Shown here: piece by piece, positions 19,436 to 28,347 of the stretch | Numbering within the stretch: position 1 is the stretch's first letter | Layout of the letters: every line of letters begins with the position of its first letter | NCBI GenBank assembly: GCA_050246815.1 | Contig: JBFWVI010000024.1 | Coordinates: 1 to 46,841, forward strand | Source: Bdellovibrionales bacterium | Lineage (GTDB): Bacteria > Bdellovibrionota > Bdellovibrionia > Bdellovibrionales > UBA1609 | Length of the DNA: 46,841 nucleotides | Direction of reading: 5' to 3' | Notes under the pieces: model-generated | Seen by the model: the letters and a program-made list of their open reading frames with translations, nothing else | What the model was told of the DNA's origin: nothing | The model's database searches: none | Made by a program: the position numbers and the translations under genes

Positions 19436-20074
19436 ATGAAAAATACATTTTTCCGAGCTTTCTTTTTAAGTTTAGTCGTTTCAACTGGACCTTTGACCAT
19501 GGGCGAAGCCGAAGAAATGAACTTCGACGACATCGTCAGTGATCTCAGGGGCTCAACCGAAGGCAAACTTGGACCGGTCGATCCGTTTGACGACATTATG
19601 ATCCATGCGGGCCTTGGCCTTGCGACCTCCTATCTTAGCGTTCGCCCCGAGATGGGCGGCCGTCAGACTGGTTTTTTAACTGGTGTTGAAGCAAACTTTG
19701 GTATCGATTTATTCTCTCGTTCGTGGCAGGCCGAAACCAGCTTGCGATCGTTCAACTCAGAAAAATTCAGCAACGACTTCACCGCTTCTTTAAAAGAATT
19801 TGACCTTAAGATCATGCACACTTTGTCTATCTCCAGCAAAATGAAACTGCGCATGGGCGGAGGGCTTGCCGCACGCTATATGAAAGTGGATTCAAACCTA
19901 GCTGTACAGAATGAATACACCACCCCTGCTTCGATTTTTGATGGGGCCTTGCGGGCCCAACTGACTCCTGCTCTTGGCATCGGCGCAGAAGTATCGCTAC
20001 GCAATGCCCTGATTAGTGAAAGCATCGACCGCTCCTCCCTAAATGCCGCTTTACGGTTGGATGCCCAATTTTAA
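19436..20074 (+). CDS. Hypothetical exported small outer-membrane beta-barrel protein
   Basis: Signal peptide; about 8 amphipathic strands; ends LRLDAQF. Confidence 0.65.
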   Translation: MKNTFFRAFFLSLVVSTGPLTMGEAEEMNFDDIVSDLRGSTEGKLGPVDPFDDIMIHAGLGLATSYLSVRPEMGGRQTGFLTGVEANFGIDLFSRSWQAETSLRSFNSEKFSNDFTASLKEFDLKIMHTLSISSKMKLRMGGGLAARYMKVDSNLAVQNEYTTPASIFDGALRAQLTPALGIGAEVSLRNALISESIDRSSLNAALRLDAQF

Positions 20075-20080
20075 AAGACC

Positions 20081-20506
20081 ATGATCGAGTTGAAACCCAA
20101 CTGCTTACTCACTCGCCACCCCATTTTACTGGTGGATCTGGCCCAAGGATGGATGGACTTCTTAAAGCCGATTCGCTGGTACGCTAAGATCTTACGGGCC
20201 CACGGCTATGAGGTGGTGCAAATCACGCTCGAAAATCCCGAAGATCCCCAGCTGGCTCTTTTTTTAGCCGCGGCCAATGAATACAAACGACGATTTCATT
20301 TGATGTGCGACTTTAGCGCGCATCAAAAAGTGGATTTTAATGTAGGTCCCGTGACCACCCTTCAAAGTCGTACCGGGCTTCGTTCAAGTGATGCCTTTTT
20401 AAGCTTTTTGCCCTGGCAATGGCGCCCTCAACTACGACACTGGCGCGATCAAATTCTAAATCTTGCCATTTCTCTTGCCGAGAACGATCTGAAATGTTCC
20501 CATTAG
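20081..20506 (+). CDS. Hypothetical protein, possible degenerate alpha/beta-hydrolase fragment
   Basis: Tightly packed in operon; TRHPILLV and L.AHGYEV resemble lipase N-terminal motifs. Confidence 0.6.
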   Translation: MIELKPNCLLTRHPILLVDLAQGWMDFLKPIRWYAKILRAHGYEVVQITLENPEDPQLALFLAAANEYKRRFHLMCDFSAHQKVDFNVGPVTTLQSRTGLRSSDAFLSFLPWQWRPQLRHWRDQILNLAISLAENDLKCSH

Positions 20507-20509
20507 GGC

Positions 20510-21133
20510 ATGCAAGAATCCGGTTTTCCATGGGACCAATGGCGCAGTCGACTTCGTGAAGCAGGTCTTCTTCTCTTGCGTTTTGCCCGCAATCCAATTG
20601 AAGGCATGCGCAATTTGCCTGATTGGGATTGGCCCTTTCTGCTCGTCTGTCAGGCCATCGCGGCGGCAGTTTGTGGTGTAGCGGCTGGCATCACTTCACA
20701 CAGCATTTTAAGTGTGTTTACCGGACTCTTTTTTGCACCCATTAGCAATGCCATTGGTACGGCTGTGATCGCAGGCTTCTTTTACTACACCTTCGGCTTT
20801 GTTCTGCACCGACCGGCAGTCTATCAGAAGATTTACACCAATCTGGTTTTCGCTTCTCTGCCGGCCATGCTGATGTGGACAGTAGCGCCGCTATTACCCC
20901 CCTTAAGCTTGTTGGGCTTAGCCGCCAGCGGGTTTTTATTGCTGGTGGGTTTTGTCGACAACTTGGGTCAAGAACGTCGCACGATGGTGAGATTTTTGGC
21001 GGGTCTTTATGCTGTTTTTGTGATTTTTTGGATCACCAGCGCCATCAGTCATCGCCGCCAAGTGGAAGTCTTCCGCGACAAGGCCACACCTGAAAGTTTG
21101 GATATTCTCGAGCGCGAACTCAAAGATCAATAG
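20510..21133 (+). CDS. Yip1-like multi-pass membrane protein
   Basis: FARNP followed by five hydrophobic helices, FASLP motif. Confidence 0.7.
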   Translation: MQESGFPWDQWRSRLREAGLLLLRFARNPIEGMRNLPDWDWPFLLVCQAIAAAVCGVAAGITSHSILSVFTGLFFAPISNAIGTAVIAGFFYYTFGFVLHRPAVYQKIYTNLVFASLPAMLMWTVAPLLPPLSLLGLAASGFLLLVGFVDNLGQERRTMVRFLAGLYAVFVIFWITSAISHRRQVEVFRDKATPESLDILERELKDQ

Positions 21134-21188
21134 CTTCCGCAAGTGATATCAGCCTCTTGCCATTCACATCATCGCCAATGATTTGGTT

Positions 21189-21223
21189 ATCAAAAGTCGC
21201 GCTTAATGCGCGCGACTTTTGAT
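21189..21223. terminator. Bidirectional intrinsic terminator between convergent genes
   Basis: ATCAAAAGTCGCGC-N7-GCGCGACTTTTGAT perfect 14-bp inverted repeat. Confidence 0.8.
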
Positions 21224-21235
21224 TCGATCATCCAA

Positions 21236-22486
21236 TTATTTTCTTCGCTCCAACTGCAATCGAGGCAATTCGCTGGCGCCCTTTTGAGTTAAAGGAAGAT
21301 AGATTTGAGCCCATGCTTGGATCAGCGCATCAGATCCCACATCAGATTCGTAGGATGCATAATAGCGAAGTGTCATATGCTCTACAGGCCGCGTGGATAC
21401 TACGTAGGTGTCCGGCGCCAGAAAGGTAGTTTGATTCTTCAAACGATCCTTCTCAGTCGTATAAGAGCGATTATTTGCACCCATACTGTGCCAACCAATT
21501 CTATCAAAAATACGAAAGCCTTCATCAAACCGATCCTCAAAAGAAGTCTGTAAGGTGATATGCATTGAAGCTTCATCCAAGAAAGGAAGCTCTGTTTTAA
21601 AAAAGTCAGTTCCCTCATAATCGACACCCAGTACGCCTCCTTTTAGCTTTGTGACCAAAAGTGGTTTTTCTAAAGCATTAAAGTTATTGATGTCTTTACC
21701 ATTGGCAGAAATCCAAACAATATTGTCGCCCTTACGATTTGTGACTTTGAACTCAATTTCATAATTTTTTATGCTTTTGCCGCCGTCACGATCGAAGACC
21801 GCGATTTCTGGAATTCTTAAAACTTGTTGATCATCAACTCGAAGAGAAATCTTTCTTTCGCCACATGATCTGGAACTATCATAGGGCCAAAAACCAACAT
21901 CATAATTACAAGTAATTTCGCCATTGACAACCAAGTCAGAAGATTGAAGATCGCTTTTAGAAAGATCAAATTGCAGATCTTTGCGCGACAAGATGGCATC
22001 CCCCAGATCTTCAGCTTCATTTTCACGAATCCGGCAGTGACCCGAGGCAAACCCATCGCTCATCCGCTTTAAGATTGCCGCTTTTTCTTCGCCTTGGACT
22101 TCAGTGTAACTTCCTTTGATGTCCTCCAATAAATGAAAGCGTCCTGCGCCTGATTGATTGTCATTTTCGACAAAGGTGATGAATGCCCGTTCGATGCCGG
22201 TCTCGACTTTCGTGGCTTTTCCAGCCTTATTCATTTTGACGTCTTTGGCGGCGCCACAAGAAAAAATTTCAGTTTGAGACCTGTCATTCAAAGTCGCGTA
22301 CAAAGCAAATCCTAAAAAACTTTTGCTCGTGCTTGTTGGTGCCATTTGACTGCAAAAATACGAAATATAAAATTCTTCATTAGGAAAGGCTTTGTTTTGC
22401 TTAAGTTTATAACAGCCCCCCACTTCAATGGCCTGAGCTTGAGTTGCAGCAGATAAGAGCATCAAAAACAATACATATTTAATCAT
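21236..22486 (-). CDS. Hypothetical exported protein (AT-richer than neighbours)
   Basis: 416-aa ORF, signal peptide (AQA|I), AAGGGGG RBS. Confidence 0.8.
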   Translation of the reverse strand: MIKYVLFLMLLSAATQAQAIEVGGCYKLKQNKAFPNEEFYISYFCSQMAPTSTSKSFLGFALYATLNDRSQTEIFSCGAAKDVKMNKAGKATKVETGIERAFITFVENDNQSGAGRFHLLEDIKGSYTEVQGEEKAAILKRMSDGFASGHCRIRENEAEDLGDAILSRKDLQFDLSKSDLQSSDLVVNGEITCNYDVGFWPYDSSRSCGERKISLRVDDQQVLRIPEIAVFDRDGGKSIKNYEIEFKVTNRKGDNIVWISANGKDINNFNALEKPLLVTKLKGGVLGVDYEGTDFFKTELPFLDEASMHITLQTSFEDRFDEGFRIFDRIGWHSMGANNRSYTTEKDRLKNQTTFLAPDTYVVSTRPVEHMTLRYYASYESDVGSDALIQAWAQIYLPLTQKGASELPRLQLERRK

Positions 22487-22582
22487 AGCATCCCCCTTGT
22501 TAAAGCCACCAGTAACGCGCTTAACTTAGAGAATCAAATCACAAATTATTTATAAAAAAGATACTCGAGAGTCCACCTGGCG

Positions 22583-23047
22583 CTAGGCGTTCACTTCGCT
22601 ACGCCCCGTGCTGCCAAAACCACCTGCACCACGAATTGTCTCGCCAAGCTCCGTGACCTCTTCGAACTCAGCTTGCAACACGGGGCATAAGACCAGTTGT
22701 GCGATGCGATCTTGATCGCGAATGACCACGGGCTCTTGACCCAAATTAATCAGAATGATTTTCACTTCGCCGCGATAATCCGCATCAATGGTCCCCGGCG
22801 AGTTGACCAAACCCATACCCTCTTTCAATGCCCATCCGCTGCGCGGACGCGCCTGAATTTCATAGCCCACAGGAATTTCAAAGCTCAAAGCTGTCGGCAC
22901 CAAAACTCGATAGCCTGGTTGCACAGTCATGGCTTGATCGATTTGTGCCCGCACATCCAAACCACTGGCCAATACGCTTTGATATTTGGGCAAATCACCC
23001 TTGAAATGGGCTAAACGTTTCACTTTTACTTTGATTGAATTCGACAT
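22583..23047 (-). CDS. dut: dUTP diphosphatase (start moved to ATG 23047)
   Basis: SGLD, RPRSG, NSPGTIDADYRGE, DRIAQLV, RGAGGFGSTG; GGGAGG RBS. Confidence 0.97.
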   Translation of the reverse strand: MSNSIKVKVKRLAHFKGDLPKYQSVLASGLDVRAQIDQAMTVQPGYRVLVPTALSFEIPVGYEIQARPRSGWALKEGMGLVNSPGTIDADYRGEVKIILINLGQEPVVIRDQDRIAQLVLCPVLQAEFEEVTELGETIRGAGGFGSTGRSEVNA

Positions 23048-23060
23048 CGAAGCCTCCCTT

Positions 23061-24350
23061 TTAAAAGCTATCAAGCAGAGTCTCAGCTTGAGTGCGCTCC
23101 ATGTCGCCCAAAAGTAAAACACCAAGCTCTTTTTCATTCACATACTGGTTTAAATACTCTTGCACCGATTTGACGGTGATTTTGTCGATGTCATTGATGA
23201 TTTCATCCACCGGCCGATACTGGCCAAAGATCATTTCGTTCACGGCCAAGGAATTCATGCGATTTTCGACATCATCCGCACCCAACAAAATCTGCCCTTT
23301 GACCTGAGTCTTAAACAACTGCAGGTCGCGATTGTTAATGCCACGTTTACGCAATCCAAAAATTTCTTGTTGCATCAGCTTCATCACCTTCGCCACGTTT
23401 TTGGGAGCTGTTGAAGCATAATAGGTTAAAAGACCACTGTCGGTGAAAGAAATCAAAAAACTATAAACCGTATAAGCCAACCCACGTTTTTCACGAACCG
23501 ATTGATAAAGTTTCGAGGTCATACCGCCACCCAATAAGGCATTCACGATATAAGATTCAAAACGGTACTCGTCTTGATATGCGCAAGAAGATCCCCCCAT
23601 TAGAATATGCACTTGCTCAGAGGGGCGATGAATAAACCGACGAAATGTCTTAAACCGCGGCTTACGCCGCATATGTTTGGTGGGCTTGCCGCGCACTGAA
23701 CCTAAGGCCTTTGCCGCCACGTCCACCACTTGATCATGATCGACATTGCCCGCCACACTGACCACCAAATTAGAACCCCGATAGCGCGATTGGTAGTATT
23801 TCATGATTTCGGTGCGATCCATTGATTTTAGGCTTGTCGGCGTCCCCAGGATGGGTTTACCCAAAGCATGACCTTGATAGGCATTTTCGAAAAACAAGTC
23901 ATAGATGTACTCTTCAAAATCATCCATCGACATGTCGATCTCAGCTGACACCACGTCACGCTCGGTGTCGAAATCGTTCTTGTTGAACCTGGCGCGGCTG
24001 ATCAGATCCACCAAAACGTCCATAGCTAAAGGTAAATGCTCACGCAAGCAAGCCGCATGAAAACACGTGTACTCCCTCGAGGTGTATGCGTTTAAGTCCC
24101 CACCCACTTCTTCGAGGCTCTTGGCGATCTCAAAACCCGTGCGTTTGCGTGTGCCCTTAAAAACTAAATGTTCGATAAAGTGGGCAGCTCCGCCCAAATG
24201 CGCCGGTTCATCGCGAGTGCCCAAATCGACATAAATCCCGGCAGAAACCGAGCGCGTAAACGGGTGGTGTTCAGTCACCACCCGCACTCCATTTTTGAGT
24301 GTGGTGCGGTTGAATACCGGATGGTAATCAAACGCTTTGGAACGACTCAT
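23061..24350 (-). CDS. M16 family (insulinase/processing) zinc peptidase
   Basis: HFIEH (HxxEH), NAYTSREYT, LGGGMTSKL...REKRGLAY; conserved pnp-M16-dut order. Confidence 0.95.
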   Translation of the reverse strand: MSRSKAFDYHPVFNRTTLKNGVRVVTEHHPFTRSVSAGIYVDLGTRDEPAHLGGAAHFIEHLVFKGTRKRTGFEIAKSLEEVGGDLNAYTSREYTCFHAACLREHLPLAMDVLVDLISRARFNKNDFDTERDVVSAEIDMSMDDFEEYIYDLFFENAYQGHALGKPILGTPTSLKSMDRTEIMKYYQSRYRGSNLVVSVAGNVDHDQVVDVAAKALGSVRGKPTKHMRRKPRFKTFRRFIHRPSEQVHILMGGSSCAYQDEYRFESYIVNALLGGGMTSKLYQSVREKRGLAYTVYSFLISFTDSGLLTYYASTAPKNVAKVMKLMQQEIFGLRKRGINNRDLQLFKTQVKGQILLGADDVENRMNSLAVNEMIFGQYRPVDEIINDIDKITVKSVQEYLNQYVNEKELGVLLLGDMERTQAETLLDSF

Positions 24351-24400
24351 GTCCCCCCGCCCTGTTACGCATCTGTGATGCGACGATATTCAACGGACAA

Positions 24401-26509
24401 CTAGTTGCTCTGGGTCGGTTCTAACAAAGCTTTACGACTTAGTTTAATACGGCCCGAACGGTCAATGTCGAGCACCTTCACGTCGATCTCATCGCCTTCA
24501 TTCAAAACATCGGTCACGGCGCGAATACGCTCATGAGCGATTTCCGAAATATGCAATAGACCACTCAGATTTGGCAGCACTTCAACAAATGCGCCGAAGT
24601 CCATGATCTTCACGACGCGGCCATGATAAACCTTGCCGACTTCGGGCTCGGCACAAATGCCCTCGATGATCTCAATGGCACGCTGTGCACGCTTAGGATC
24701 GGCCGAGGCGATGTGAATACGTCCGTCATCTTCGATGTCGATTTTAACGCCAGTCTCTTCGATGATGCCCTTGATCACCTTGCCTCCGGCACCAATGACT
24801 TCACGCACTTTTTCGGGCTTAATCTTGATCGTGGTGATGCGTGGCGCATAGGGCGAAATTTCGCCACGTGGTCGCACGATCGCTTTCTCCATCTCATCTA
24901 AGATATGCACACGGCCTTTCAATGCCTGTTGCAGAGCCTGGTCCATGATATCAAAGCTGATCGAATCAATTTTAATGTCCATCTGCAGCGAGGTCACGCC
25001 ATCACGGGTACCTGCCACTTTGAAGTCCATATCGCCCAAGTGATCCTCATCGCCCAGAATATCCGAAAGTACGGCAAAGCGATCGCCTTCTTTAATCAAA
25101 CCCATGGCAATGCCCGCCACATTGCCCTTAATCGGAACGCCTGCATCTAAAAGCGCCATCGATCCCGAGCAAACCGTGCCCATGGAGCTTGAGCCGTTCG
25201 ACTCTAAAACTTCACTCACGATACGAACGGTGTACGGAAATTTTTCGAAATCGGGAAGAACGGCCTTCAAAGCACGCTCGGCCAAAAAGCCGTGACCCAC
25301 TTCGCGACGGCTTTGTGCACCAACGCGGCCCACCTCACCCACGCTGAATGGGGGAAAATTGTAATGCAACATGAAGCGTTTTTTGGTCATGCCTTGCAGA
25401 TCATCTACCATCAACTCATCGTCGCCCGTGCCCAAAGTAACCGTACCCAAAACTTGGGTTTCACCGCGCGTGAAAAGACCCGATCCATGCGCCCGAGGCA
25501 ACAATGCCACTTCACATGCGATAGCACGCACCTGATCCAGAGCGCGACCATCGATACGGGCGCGATCGGCCAAAACCATTTCACGTGACAATTTGTACTT
25601 CACATCTTCAACGATCACACCCAGCTCTTTTTCGCGTTTAGCTTTGAGCTTGTCATCGGTAATGGTGGCTACGAATTTGGCGGTTGCTTCGTCCTTGGCT
25701 TCGTCATAGGCCTCATAACGCTTGAGTTTTTCACGTTGAGCCATGGCCGCTTTGATTTTTGGCGTCAACATGGCACGAACCGGGCCGTCAAACTCGGCAT
25801 CGATTACGGCTGGAATAAACTCACGCTTTTCTTTGCTGCCGGTCAGCTTGCGCAGCTGATCCTGCAATTCAAACATCGGCATCATCGACTGATGGCCGAA
25901 CTTCAGCGCCGCTAAAACGTCGGCTTCTTTGGTGAAGCTGGTTGCCCCTTCCACCATCAGCAGACCGTTGCGAGTTCCCGCCACGGTGATATTCATGTCG
26001 GACTTCTCAAGCTGATCAGCTGCCGGATTGGCAATAAACTTGCCGTCAATGCGTGCCACTTGCACCGCGCAAGTGGGGCCACTAAACGGGATGTCGCTGA
26101 TATGCAAAGATGCCGAAGCGCCAAGGCTCGCCAAGATATCCAATGGGAATGTGCCATCGGTGCTCAAGGTGGTGGCGATCACTTGTGTTTCATAGCGATA
26201 GCCTTCAGGAAAACAAGGACGGATCGGACGGTCGATCAAGCGCGCCGTCAAAGTGGCGTTTGTGGTCGGACGGCCTTCACGCTTGAAGTAACCACCCGGG
26301 ATTTTGCCCGAAGCGTAAAACTTCTCTTGGTATTCGACGGTCAATGGAAAGAAGTCGCGGTCCGACACTTTACGCGCCGAAACCGAAGTCACCAGCACCA
26401 TATTGCTGCCCGAGCTGACCAGGACCGAACCATCGGCCTGCTTCGCCATGCGGCCAGTTTCAATTGTGACCGACTTGCCGCCGAAGTCTCCCGTTACTGT
26501 TTGCTTCAT
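24401..26509 (-). CDS. pnp: Polyribonucleotide nucleotidyltransferase (PNPase)
   Basis: FFPLTV.Y, RLIDRPIRP, FTRGETQ, ESNGSSSM, GDMDFKVAGT; KH and S1 domains. Confidence 0.99.
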   Translation of the reverse strand: MKQTVTGDFGGKSVTIETGRMAKQADGSVLVSSGSNMVLVTSVSARKVSDRDFFPLTVEYQEKFYASGKIPGGYFKREGRPTTNATLTARLIDRPIRPCFPEGYRYETQVIATTLSTDGTFPLDILASLGASASLHISDIPFSGPTCAVQVARIDGKFIANPAADQLEKSDMNITVAGTRNGLLMVEGATSFTKEADVLAALKFGHQSMMPMFELQDQLRKLTGSKEKREFIPAVIDAEFDGPVRAMLTPKIKAAMAQREKLKRYEAYDEAKDEATAKFVATITDDKLKAKREKELGVIVEDVKYKLSREMVLADRARIDGRALDQVRAIACEVALLPRAHGSGLFTRGETQVLGTVTLGTGDDELMVDDLQGMTKKRFMLHYNFPPFSVGEVGRVGAQSRREVGHGFLAERALKAVLPDFEKFPYTVRIVSEVLESNGSSSMGTVCSGSMALLDAGVPIKGNVAGIAMGLIKEGDRFAVLSDILGDEDHLGDMDFKVAGTRDGVTSLQMDIKIDSISFDIMDQALQQALKGRVHILDEMEKAIVRPRGEISPYAPRITTIKIKPEKVREVIGAGGKVIKGIIEETGVKIDIEDDGRIHIASADPKRAQRAIEIIEGICAEPEVGKVYHGRVVKIMDFGAFVEVLPNLSGLLHISEIAHERIRAVTDVLNEGDEIDVKVLDIDRSGRIKLSRKALLEPTQSN

Positions 26510-26578
26510 TGCTTACTCCTCAAGCGTTTTCAAATTCATTTTAAATAATTAGGACGACTCAAAAACCACGGACCGAAA

Positions 26579-26848
26579 TTACTTACGCAATTCCAATTTG
26601 GTGATCAGAGTGGTGTAACGCTCAGGAGAAGTCCCTTTCAGGTAATCCAAAAGCTTACGACGACGATTGACCATCAACACCAGGCCACGACGGCTATGCA
26701 CGTCATTTTTGTTGCGCTTAAAGTGTTCGGTCAGGTCCGAAATGCGGTTGGTGAGCAGCGCCACTTGAACTTCGCAGCTGCCGGTGTCCAGCTCAGAACG
26801 GCGGTGTTTTTTTACGATCTCTTCTACTTGGGCCTTAGTTTGTGCCAT
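26579..26848 (-). CDS. rpsO: 30S ribosomal protein S15
   Basis: [31 protein letters not shown]; 89 aa. Confidence 0.98.
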   Translation of the reverse strand: MAQTKAQVEEIVKKHRRSELDTGSCEVQVALLTNRISDLTEHFKRNKNDVHSRRGLVLMVNRRRKLLDYLKGTSPERYTTLITKLELRK

Positions 26849-26947
26849 AAAAATTTCCTTTCACCCTTTATACGGACGTCTGGCAAGTCGTCACAAAAGA
26901 GCTTTGTTTAAGTCACCTCAAAGTGACCTTCTTTTAATGAAGGGGCG

Positions 26948-26977
26948 AGTCTATTCTGCTTCGACTATTCGGGTCAA
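26948..26977 (-). promoter_or_regulatory. Sigma-70-like promoter for rpsO-pnp
   Basis: TTGACC-N18-TAGACT on the minus strand. Confidence 0.55.
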
Positions 26978-26990
26978 GCGGCATCGGTGG

Positions 26991-27923
26991 CTAACTTTGG
27001 GCAAAAATCCTTCGGATTTTAAGGCCTTGGGCGATGGATGCTTCAATCAAACCAACCAGCTCCCCATCTGTTCCCAGCACCTTAATGCCCACCGGAGTCT
27101 GGCTCATATGGGCCTGCTTTTGAGCCACCACAAGGCGGTTGGTTAGGTCGTGAGAGATTTGGCCATTGCGAAGCAATTGCTCCTCGCGCCCCTTCACCAC
27201 ACACTGTTGCCAGCCGGGCAATGCCTGGGCCATGCCGATAAAAGCAGGGCCTAAATTCGCTTTGGCCTCGGGGCATGCCACGATTTCAGCTAAAGCCTCA
27301 AGGCTGATCGCCTCATGTACATTGTAAGGAGCCGACACTAGCCTGCGCAACTCCATGACAGTTGCCCCAACCCCAACCTTAGCTCCCAAGGCCGTCACCC
27401 ACGAACGAATATAGCCACCCTTGGCGCACGAAACTTCAATTTCAAGCTGTTCTTCCACCCAATTGGGACTCGAAATATTGTAAAAACGCATGGCTTTCAC
27501 CGGAACGGTCACTTCTTTTTCAGCACGCGCGTACTCGTAGAGTTTCTTTCCCTTCACGCGGGTGGCCGAAAAGACAGGCACGGGTAGCTCCATATCGCCA
27601 CTCATCTGCAAAGCCATCCGCTCCACCTGCTCATGTGGTAACATGAAGGGCTCTTCTCGCACAGTTTGGCCGTCACGATCCCCTGAATCCGTAGTCCAAC
27701 CAAACTTCATGGTGACACGATAACGTTTGTCCTGACCCAAAATGTAATCTGAAAGTTTAGTGGCATGCCCAAGCAAAACGACCATTAAACCAGAGGCCAA
27801 AGGGTCCAAAGTGCCGCTATGACCCACAGCCGACATATCAAAAATACGACGCACGCGATCCACCACATCATGACTGGTGCATCCTGGGGGCTTATCGACC
27901 AAAAGCAGTCCATTCCAACTCAT
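26991..27923 (-). CDS. truB: tRNA pseudouridine(55) synthase (start moved to ATG 27923)
   Basis: LLVDKP.G.TSHDVV, GHSGTLDPLASG, C.KG.YIRS, LRR. Confidence 0.97.
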   Translation of the reverse strand: MSWNGLLLVDKPPGCTSHDVVDRVRRIFDMSAVGHSGTLDPLASGLMVVLLGHATKLSDYILGQDKRYRVTMKFGWTTDSGDRDGQTVREEPFMLPHEQVERMALQMSGDMELPVPVFSATRVKGKKLYEYARAEKEVTVPVKAMRFYNISSPNWVEEQLEIEVSCAKGGYIRSWVTALGAKVGVGATVMELRRLVSAPYNVHEAISLEALAEIVACPEAKANLGPAFIGMAQALPGWQQCVVKGREEQLLRNGQISHDLTNRLVVAQKQAHMSQTPVGIKVLGTDGELVGLIEASIAQGLKIRRIFAQS

Positions 27924-27936
27924 TTTTTCACCCGGC

Positions 27937-28311
27937 TTACCGATCGCCGCCAAAGGCGCCGCGATGGCGGTTGAGATTGGCCAACATAATTTCCACTTCA
28001 TCGATTTGGTTTTCGTTTGCCCCACCGACGATGAATTTCAATTTGGGACAAAATTTTGTTTGAAGCTTCGAAGACACTTCTTTTTGAATCAAGCCGATTT
28101 GTTCCACCAAAATTTCTTCGGCTTTTTCACGGTCCTTTGCGGTTCCGGCGACTCGCACAAAAACCCGCGCCGAACGCAGATCACCGCTCGCATCCACGTC
28201 CACCACCGAAGCAAAACCCGGCAGCGGAATCTTCAGGCCGTGAATCAGCATTTCAGCCAAAGCCTGCTTGATTTCGCGCTCCACGCGAAGCACTCGACGA
28301 TTTTCGGACAT
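27937..28311 (-). CDS. rbfA: Ribosome-binding factor A
   Basis: RR.LRV..EI, V..S.DLRSARVF, P.LKF; between infB and truB. Confidence 0.93.
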   Translation of the reverse strand: MSENRRVLRVEREIKQALAEMLIHGLKIPLPGFASVVDVDASGDLRSARVFVRVAGTAKDREKAEEILVEQIGLIQKEVSSKLQTKFCPKLKFIVGGANENQIDEVEIMLANLNRHRGAFGGDR

Positions 28312-28347
28312 AATCCACCTTCTTTAGGCTAAAAGCGGCCTCGCCTT

